Part shown: positions 54,669-64,000 of the stretch, one piece after another | Position numbering within the stretch: the stretch's first letter is position 1 | Layout of the letters: each line of letters opens with the position of its first letter | From: Macrostomum lignano | Lineage: Eukaryota | Length of the DNA: 64,000 bases | Reading direction: 5' to 3' | Assembly: GCA_002269645.1 (NCBI GenBank) | Contig: NIVC01000513.1 | Location: 494,416 to 558,415 of the forward strand | The notes under the pieces: generated by a model | Database searches by the model: none | The model's input: the letters and a program-made list of their open reading frames with translations, nothing else | What the model was told of the DNA's origin: nothing | Translations under genes and position numbers: made by a program

Positions 54669-57600
54669 ACCTCGAGCTTCCAAACCCCTAACCAAAGCTC
54701 TAACCAACATGCTCAGCCCCAGAATGCTGGTAGTCATTTAGTCTCTGGCTTGCAGACTAAGCCTAACTCGCTCGGTCAGTCGGCTTCTCCATCAGGCCTG
54801 TCGAGCGCGGACGTGGATTTTGAGAAGCAGCAAGGCTTAGAAGAAGCTGTGGATAAGGCTTTTGATGCCATTCAGTCAGGTCGTGAACGCGTCTCTATCG
54901 AGCGCAGTCTGCCCAAGAAACATGACGACGACCCAGATTTCAATTCTCAGCAGTCCGAAGCTGATGACCACGAAATCGTGGACATCTCAGTAAGTTCAGA
55001 CGCTTCGAGCGTCTGCTTTGAGGACGTCATTCACGGTCAGCAGATTGAGCTAGACGTTTCCATGCTGGTAGAGTTAGAAGATGAAGTGGTTGAGGCTTGC
55101 ACCTCTGGTGCGTCGTATGCTGAGCCAGTGCAGGCGAACAGACACGTGGTTCAGGAGGTGCCAGTGCAGCTGGCAGCGGCTGTCAGCTATCCTGTGCTGT
55201 CTAAAGCAAAGATTTCAGACCATGTTGTTCTTGAGGGCGCTGGTGTGACTAATGCCGAGCTTGGAGACAGATCAAGCCGTCCGGAGTCAGCAGACATCGA
55301 TAGCTCGAAATTTATTCTGAACTCAAAAACTGCTGAACATGAAGTGTCGCCATCTACGACTACGATAAAAGAGCAGCCTTGCGATACAAGCGACTCGCTG
55401 GATCAACTAACGGATCAAGAAATGGGCAGCATTCTGCCTGGAGAGTCTCTGTTCCTTCCCTCCGAAGCTGTCAGCTCACTGCCGGTTGGTAAACGCAAGC
55501 TGCCTGACAGTCTGGAGTTCGAGCCTGATAAAGGCGTTAGCGACACGGAGTATCGTTTGAAACGACCTTTTTCCGAAACAGAGATGTTAGCCAACACGGA
55601 GAGGCGCGAATCTGTTCTTAAACAAGAGCAGCAAACTCGAAAGTCGATTCCAGCTGCTGAGAGTTTGAGTGAAAATAAAGACTCAATTAAGCTTGTGAGC
55701 GCATTGAAAGATGAGAACGAGAGCACCACGGAAACACAGCCAAGCAGAATAACCAAATCCCAAAGCTCGAATGACACTGAGAAACCTACCATAAAAGCTG
55801 TTAAAGGTGTCGAGAAAATTGTACACTCCGAGTTTCAAGTTCTCGCTGTGCAGCTTCGTACGGAGTCTGCAAGCCTGAAAGATCAGCCTTATGAATCTGA
55901 TGACAACTTGGTGCCCACCACCAGGACCGGCAAGCTAGAGCGCTATGAAGACCAATCGGTCAGTTCCAACGCTTCGGAAGAAATCCTTCATAACCAAGCT
56001 GAACCCGCCGAGAAGTATCTCGATGTCGAGCCTTCTCTACACCCGGACTCCACAAAGCCTCACGAATCCGCAGACAGAGATGATTTGATGAAGAATAAGC
56101 CTGACAGGCCGAATTTTGCGGCCAATGATGGCGAGAATGCCCAAACAGCCGACTCAGAAAATTTATTAGATAATGCGCCCCGCCCATCAGCCAGCGAAGA
56201 AGAGCTGGTATCTTTTCTCGAAGAAATCCAGCAAAAAGTCAGAATGGACAACAAGAAAGAGATTAGAGAGGTGAGCGAAACTCCAATCGCTGATGATGAT
56301 GAATCTGCATCCGAATCGTCAATTGGTGCCAAATCTGAGAGAGACGCATTTGAACAGCGCAAGGACAAATTGGACGATGAGCTAAAATCAGGTGACGGTG
56401 GAAAGACCCTCGACTTTTGGGGTGACGAGGGCAAGGCCGAGAGGGTGAACGTTCAGGCATCATCACCGGCTGGATTGCAGGAGTTTCCTTCAAAGCTTAA
56501 TTCTCAGGACACAGATGAAAGTAACCAATTTGGCAAGGATTCAAAGGAATACCGCACACCTTCAGATGCTGCAGAAACTGATCGAGGCGCGAAATCATTT
56601 AGGAATGATCTGCCTGAAAATTTTCAGACTGTTGTTGATACGGAGACGGCCGTTCTTGCAGTACAGCTGCAGGCTGGTGAACCAATGCGCGAATATGACG
56701 ACGAGCAAATGTCAGTTTCTGATTCTGAAGAAGTCGAAGAGTTCATTTCAGTGGTAATTAAAAATCCAGCCGAACACTTCAAGCGCATGGCTTGGGAGGC
56801 ACAGACCACAGCCGATGACGTTCTTTGTTCAGGGGCAGAGCAATCTTCTCACTCTGATTGTATTCGCCAGCTCAGTGAGCAGGAAGACTCTGAACCAATT
56901 AGAAACCGGAATGAGGATGTCGATAAGCGCAAAGAAACTACAGAGAATGCCTTGGAGAGTGACATCAATGAGCCGACTGGTTTTGCTGCAGATTCTGGTG
57001 TCACTCAGTCAGCCGACGTCAAAGATGTTGAGCCGGACTCACAAAAGTTCAGTGGAAAGACTGACCAAATTTTACAGTCTAATCGACACCAGGATGAAGA
57101 GTCGGAAATCGCAGACGCTGCAGAGAAGCTGGGCGGTGACGCTGAACAGGAAGAGGAACTTGATCAAAACCGTCAACCATTCCAGGAATCTGGAAAAGTA
57201 CAGGAAAGTGAGCGAGCTGCTGAGAGTGCGATGGACGACGGCTCATCTATTCACAGTTCATCTAAAGATTCATCACTAATTGGCCCGCCTCATATCACCA
57301 GTGTTTCAGACACCCAGCAAGACGTGCATAAATCAACGCTAGATAATCACGAGCATCAGCCAATCGAAATGCGAACAACGGCCTCACAGTTTTATGCTAC
57401 TTTCCCGGATGATAAGGAAATTAGAAGCAAAGCAGAAGACAGAGCGCCTCTTCAGCGTGTTGCGGAGACGGAAACCTATGTCCTAGCTGTGCGACTGTGC
57501 AGGAATGATGAAAATCTTCTGTCTGGCTTTCCTGACCAGGCTTCTACCGAGCCAAATGAAACTGTGCCAGTTCCAGAGTCCCTTCGGCGCAATGATCTTT

Positions 57601-60600
57601 CGTCAAATCATTTTGAGCCGATTCCAAAGCAGAGCGGTGCAAATGAAGGAGAATCAGCTGGCAACAGTACCGAGGATTCCAAGAGAGGCGACTCTCCATC
57701 TGGTTTTCCAACCATCGGGATTGCGAAAAGTTTCGAAAGTACTACAGAAGCGGAAAGACCGTCTTCAAAACATCTTTCGAAATCATGTGAGCCGACTGAT
57801 CTGCTTAGCGAAGAATGTCTCAAGAAACACAGTCCCTCACGTCAGCAGATGCCAGGCTCCAAACACTTCCCGGAAACTGCTGTGGAGAAAATGAGCAAGC
57901 ATTCTGACGTCACAGCAGGACTAAAAGACGTAAATACTGTTTCTCAAACAACAGAGGAAAGTCAGTTTGACACTGAAGATATAGAAGCAAATGAGCCTGA
58001 GTGTGAGCCACTTGTACAAAGCAGTTTTGACTCGAGTCACGTGCTTGCAGCTCAGCTACGTCAGGAAGCTGACGATGATGACTACGACTCAGACTCCGGG
58101 TCAAGTCCTAGCGATGCTACAGTCATTCTCAAATCAAGCCAACAGGCACCTGACAAGGTGTATAAACTGACCGATTCAAAAGACAACAGCTTTGGGTCTG
58201 AACCAAGCCAGGAAGAGTTTAACTGTTCAAAACCGGACCATAGTGAGTCTGCTGGTGACCATAAGCTTGATTCCAACAGCGAATCTCTCAGCAAAAAATC
58301 AAGGCTAGAAAATCAACAGTTGACAGCTCGAGCTGACCTTGACCAACCTGCGTGTCGAGGTTTCAGTCCTGCGGATTCCGAGTTCTACCCAGACCTCCGG
58401 CCTAATGAAGTTGTGTCTAATGGAAAAGACATTCACTCGAATGACATGGCAGTCGTGCAACAAGAAGATTCTGAGGTCCCTATTTTAGGCACAAGTAACG
58501 AGAATTTACGACAAGTTGATTCGTTGAAGAATCTGCATCCCTCATCAAGCCGCAGCGAGCAGCCAGAAAGCGGAGTCAAGCTTGCAAGCAGAGAGGAACC
58601 GACAGCTGATAATCAGGAGTTCCCTGCAGTGGAAAAAGAATTTGAAACGATTTCGATTTCGCTCGAGCTCGATGAGCCCCAGAATGACAACCAACGATTA
58701 CGTCACGAAAGTTCGCTGAGTAATGCTGGAGGTGCTGAGGTTGAGTCTAAGGTGACAGAGAGCGAAATTATATCAATCTCGATGGAGCTGGATGAACCTG
58801 AAGAATTCCAAGACTACAGAATCGGTAGATCGTTGACATCCGATAGTCTGCAGAAAAGAAAACGACTTAACTCGTTTGGGACACTGGAAGAGACAAGGGA
58901 AATTTCCGAGGAAAGTCCCGATGTCCAGCGAGTCCATATGAAAATGGACATCGAACATCATGGGCTGGCTGTCACGCTTCGCGATGATAAGACAGACGAT
59001 GAGGAAAACGCGTTTGCAAAATGCCCCGAAAGCTCCAGCAAAGTAGTCGAAGGTCAGTCTGACGAATTAAGCTCTTGTGAAATCGCTGCTGACGATCTGA
59101 CAAGTGTTAAGCCCGAAGCTGAAGTGCATTTAGGTGAATTTGAAAAAGAAATAGATTTCGATTCGAATGAACAGCGGGAAGATTCACAATCTCTCGACAC
59201 TGCAACTGTGCCATCTGATGAAGATTTTGAGTCCTTGAAAAAGCCCGATAGCAGGTACAGTGACATCGAATCCCTCAGCATTTCCTTAGAGCCACCATTT
59301 GAAGAGGAAGAAACCGGCGAAGCAGGCTTGATTGAGGAGTTCCGAAGACCAGTTCTTGAAACTTCTGGGCTTGCAAATCGTACTTTTACGCTGGATACTG
59401 AGACAGTGGTGCTTGCTGTGTCGCTGCAAATACCTGATCAGTCAGCTGATGCCGAAAACGTTAGACAGCGTAGTGACAACCTACCGACACCAGAAGGCCT
59501 CGGCGAAGAAGCAACGGAAAAGACAACCAGTCTGGAGATTTCAATGCACCTTGATGATGACACAAACCCAGATGCAGATAGTTCAGCTAGTGATAAAGAC
59601 TTGATGTCGGTAGATCCAACAGCAGGCGATGCGTCCGTCACGTCAGTTACGCAGCCTATCAATATTAAGCATGAAAGTTTTGATGATTCAGGAAAAAGTA
59701 CGGATTCGCAAAATCAACTGCAGCCTCATCAGAACAGTCGCGAGCCTTCATTCAACCAGTCGGAAAGTGACTTCGAAGTACTTTTCGAGGAAGATAATGA
59801 GTCCATTGGTCGCAGAGGATCTAACCTTTCCCATCGAGATGCCACTTCCGGGTATAGGCATGACGTCGTAACGCCTCATGTGGTTGAACGAGAGACAGCT
59901 GTGTTGGAAGTTAAACTGAGAAGTTCTGGAAAGGACTCCCGAGATTCAGTTTGCTCGGTTCCAGACTCCAAGGGCACAGGTTTGAATGAGAACCCCTCTG
60001 AATCCGGACTTGAATCCGCAATCGAGCTGGAGAGAAGCTTTGAATCGCCAGTGGAAACTGAACTTGATGGTGCAAGTGTTGAGTTTGAGCAGTCTCTGCA
60101 CATCGATAGCCAAGCTGAGGCTTCAACTGAAAACGATGCAAATCAACCGATTTCATCCGATTTTCATTCAAAAGATAAATTAGGGAGCGATGAAAAAACA
60201 GTGGACGAACGCGATTTAAATTTAAAGAGGACTGATTTCGTGTGCGAAGTTAGGCGTGCAGCAAAGGATGCTATCAGGGTGATAAACTCAGAAACACTGG
60301 TGCTCGCAGTTCACCTCAGATGCGAGAGTGACATAAAGACAGCTGGATTTGCACCTAAACCGGAAGTTGCTGAACTAAACGAAGAACAAGTAGAACAGAT
60401 GGAGTTTGCAACAACAAAACAGTCTATGCCAACTCAGCATCCCATGGCTGTGACAGAAATCGAAATCAAGGCGGCCGAGCCGATGCGAATAACGCCTGAA
60501 CAGGAGTTCCATACCACTGGCCAACCAGAATCAGCGTTGCAATCTCCTCAGCATGGATATGCTTGTTCAACCGGACGAAAATACGAAGCTTCTGTCGACA

Positions 60601-61538
60601 ATATTAACATTCCAAGCGACAGTGAAACCATCGAAATGGTCGAAGAGGAGACAGAAGACGACTCTATTGGCAATTTCACGCCGCGCAGCGAAGATCTATC
60701 GATGTCGTTTCCACTGCCGAAGAAGTCTGCGAATCTGCCTCAGCAAAGACGATCGAACGCTGAGCAAGCTGAAGCGTCTCCAACGCTCGACGACACTTCG
60801 CTGATGTCTCTAGGATCAATGTCCATGGACATAGTGTACACATCGGATTATCCAGAGCCAGCGCTTGAGTCCCGAACATGCAAGTCACCGTTGCTAGATG
60901 ATCGAATCTCCTACGACGACAGCAGCCTTGCCAGTCCGTGCCGTGAAGACACGCATGTTGTTGTGGGCGGCAAGCCGCTGACATTCAAGGAAGCAATCGA
61001 GACGGGAGCTATTGATCCAAATGGTGTGACTCTGTCGCTGGAGTCGCCAATAGGCCGGCGAATTACACTTCAAGAAGCTATTGACGATCAGCTAGTGGAT
61101 CCAAACACTGGAGTGCTCCACGTACCACACGGGCCCGCCTATCCGCTCTCCATGGCCGCGCAGCTCGGCTTTCTTCACGGCATCGATCCTGCCTATCTGA
61201 TCGGCACACGAGGCTCGCTAGACAAAAACGACAGCAAAGAGCAGCAACCGGCGCTACCGTTGGATGAACCTTCGTCAGCCAGAACTTCAGTCGCCGTTGA
61301 TGAACCTCTCAGCATTGATGTCGAATGCTCAAATCAGTGCATGGGCGCCGATTCGCTTATGCCGAGCTTGACCGAGCGAGTTAGCAGCAGAGACCCTCCC
61401 CAAATCCCGCCCAGTCCCTCGATCCCCGATGACGGCGGCGACCGCAACCCGCCGCCGCCCGCTGTTGCCAGCAGCGAAGGCTGCGGCTTTGTTCACAGCG
61501 ACAACGACGCAAGAGACTTGGAGTCAGAAGACGCAGTG
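54669..61538 (+). CDS. Phase-0 exon (2290 codons): acidic Ser/Glu/Asp-rich region with dispersed motifs and a terminal plectin-repeat cluster
   Basis: catgcag|ACC TCG ... GCA GTG|gtatgc; PLTFKEAIETGAID..RRITLQEAIDDQLVDPNTG. Confidence 0.85.
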
Positions 61539-62502
61539 GTATGCATTTGTAGTCGGAGAAGAGTGATTGCTGTTGTGTACTCGTAGCTTTGTGCCGCTCT
61601 CTTGCTTGAGAAAAATCATTTATCCGATTCGCTTTGATTGTTGTCTGATGCCTCTCTAGAGTTTCAACGTTCCGTTTTTAGCCGCATTCTTGCATAGTGC
61701 TCTGCGCAAATTTCTCTACTTTCAATTTTGCTTTTTAATCGGTTACGGTTTCCTTTGATTAGGTGATTTAAGGAGCAGCAAAACTGCTTCTTGCTATTTT
61801 GAAGTTGCCACACCTGAGCTATAGAGCCCAGAGATGCCCTTAGGGTAGATCAGGATCTTAAAATGATTTTATGAAGGGACATAGATTTGGCAGTATGTCT
61901 TTCATTAGATGAAGAAATATAAAAATGCTTTATTGATTTTATTCCCGTAGTTTCAATTAAAATGATGCAGTAAAAAGTGTCAAATTTCTCTCTGCTTTCT
62001 CGCCATAGTCGGTGATCATCTGGCGCGTGGATCATTTGAACGAAGTACGTGATTTGAAAAGTTCTAAAATCCTGTTTGGTGAATGGTCTGAAAGAAATGC
62101 TTGATGAATTCGATTAATGATTTAGGACTGGTTGAGGTGTTCCTTGCTAATTTATGTGTGGTGCCTGTTCGAGACGCGACCGAATCAAACTGGAAAGTCG
62201 AACTGCTACGACGGGATATTTCGACGCGCGAAAATTAATTGATATCTGTAATTCTATTGGTATTGGTATTTTGCTTCCGACGACTCGATTTTATTTTGGC
62301 CATGCAAATTTCTACGCTTCTCTCGTTTTTGCCTATTAATTCCTTACTATTTGCTTCTTAGCTTTAGACCTTGGAATTTTTGCTGTTTAAACGTTCCTAT
62401 CAGTTCAAACCCTTCGCTGATCGGTGTTGGCTGAAGTTTTCTCCCCACAGGGGGCGACTGGCACCTCACTGACCGATCGCTCCGCTCATCTTCAATCCTT
62501 AG

Positions 62503-62649
62503 ATTGACGCCAAGAAGATGGCCGAAGATCTGCTGAAAGATCTCGAAAAGGAGCTTCATTCGTTGGATGGAATCGAGGACTGGCTGCTGGCCCAGGGCCC
62601 GGCTAATCTGGACGAGCAGAACGACACGAAGCTGCTCGAAGGGCATCAG
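62503..62649 (+). CDS. Spectrin-repeat exon (IDAKKMAEDLL...LEGHQ)
   Basis: caatccttag| ... CAG|gtatat; 147 nt; contains IEDWL. Confidence 0.85.
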
Positions 62650-62735
62650 GTATATTAGTTTGATTTTTAAGTTTTTCTTGAAACTGTCCTCCTAACAATG
62701 GTCTGACCAGTCTTCTCAATTCGTCCAAATTTCAG

Positions 62736-62981
62736 GATATCAACAACGAGCTGCTGGCACGGCAGTCGCCGCTGCTCACTCTGTACTACCAGACGGAGAA
62801 CCTAGTGCAGAAATGTCCAGACAGTCTCGCGTCCGAGCAGAAGGAAACGCTTTCAACAAAGACGGCGGCCTCGCGCAGCAAACTTGAACAGTTGAGACGC
62901 GAAGCGGACGCGCGCATCCGACAGCTGACGTCGGTGCAAGATGCGCTCGAGCACTTCAATGATCGATTGCAAACTGCGCAG
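62736..62981 (+). CDS. Spectrin-repeat exon (DINNELLARQ...LQTAQ)
   Basis: tttcag| ... CAG|gtcagc; 246 nt. Confidence 0.88.
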
Positions 62982-63071
62982 GTCAGCGGCCTTAACAATA
63001 AATACGTCAATACGTCAGTATTTAAAAAAATATTACACAACTAATATCAACTTTGCTTTCGTTTCTTACAG

Positions 63072-64000
63072 ACTTGGCAAGATCGCATTGACAGGCGCTT
63101 GTCGGAAATTGAAAGCGCGTCTCAGTCATCAGAACAGGCGGCAACAGTCGCAGCTGCACTGACTGACCCAGCCGAACTGCAGAGTTTAATAAACGAGCTG
63201 AGGGCCTTCGAAGGCGAGCTGAGCGCCCACCAAGGCGACCTGAAGGCGCTCTCGTCCGCTGGCCACAAGCTCATACACTGCCTGCGCGCCACCGACCAGA
63301 CACAGGAGGCGTTCGCTTCTGCACGGCATCGCGAATTCACGGGCGCCTCCGGTTCCTGTGAGACCGACATTCGAAAGGCTGCCGGTGCGGCTTCCGATCG
63401 TCAGGAGTCGCTGGCTGTCCGCTGCCGCGACCTGATGCAGCGGCTCAACGCAGCGGCCAATCAGAGACGCGAGTTTCGCTGAACTGTTGCGCCAAACCGA
63501 TTCGCAGTTGTGCGCGACTGAATCGCAGCTGGCGAAGCTCGAGGGACAGCAACCGACAAGCGACATTCAGCTCAACGCGTTAGCTGACAAGGCCCAGGGC
63601 CTCAGTGCAGATCTGTTCTCACTCGATGGAAGCATCGAAAAATTGCGAGCCGCTTCCGCGGCACTCGCAGCATCAGCTCTTGAGAATGCCGCGTCACCGG
63701 AGGCTAAGACTGAGCAGCAGCGGCAGGCCGAAGCGGCTGCCGCTCGTCATGAGGAACTGAAAAGCCGCTGCGCAGATCTTAGTGGCCGACTGCAGCAGCA
63801 GGCCTGGCAGCTGGAAGCCTTCTGGACACTCTAAATGGTTTAAGACAGTGGCTAGACGGTACCAATAGGAAACTTTTGGCCATGCGGTCTGTTAGCCTGC
63901 GCCCAGAGCTACTTGAGGAGCAGAGCCGTCAGATTAAGGTGCTTGAACGCTGACCTGCAGTGCCGGCGTACTTCGCTCGAGCAAGCCAGCGAGAGCCTTG
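63072..64000 (+). CDS. Spectrin-repeat exon running off the window, with 2-3 single-base frameshifts
   Basis: cttacag|TWQDRIDRRLSEIE...; helical spectrin-like sequence continues in shifted frames (LRQWLDGTNRKL). Confidence 0.78.

Overview
Eukaryotic (metazoan) genomic DNA with spliceosomal GT-AG introns, GC-rich exons and very dense micro- and minisatellites. The style fits a free-living flatworm such as Macrostomum, but that is an inference I cannot confirm. Three genes can be reconstructed by hand. (1) A minus-strand 11-exon SLC6 monoamine (DAT/NET-like) transporter at 1912-8927, with a 1-bp frameshift in exon 3 and a remodelled extracellular gate. (2) A minus-strand 3-exon SURF2 homolog at 12425-15654. 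(3) A plus-strand giant spectraplakin (Shot/MACF1/dystonin-like) from 17991 to beyond the window end: CH1-CH2 actin-binding domain, plakin domain with SH3, plectin-repeat clusters, then spectrin repeats, about 10,000 aa within this window alone. The most striking parts are a 13,371-bp exon carrying about 10.8 kb of an in-frame 11-aa repeat (PTTGLAGSEQQ) with higher-order structure, three giant phase-0 cassette-type exons, a dispersed ETxVLAVxL motif, and a candidate alternative first exon that would join a membrane signal-anchor to a CH1-less isoform. A full-length tRNA-derived SINE and more than ten tandem arrays are also present. Most long low-complexity ORFs in the track are repeat shadows. 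All exon models are manual and lack transcript support.
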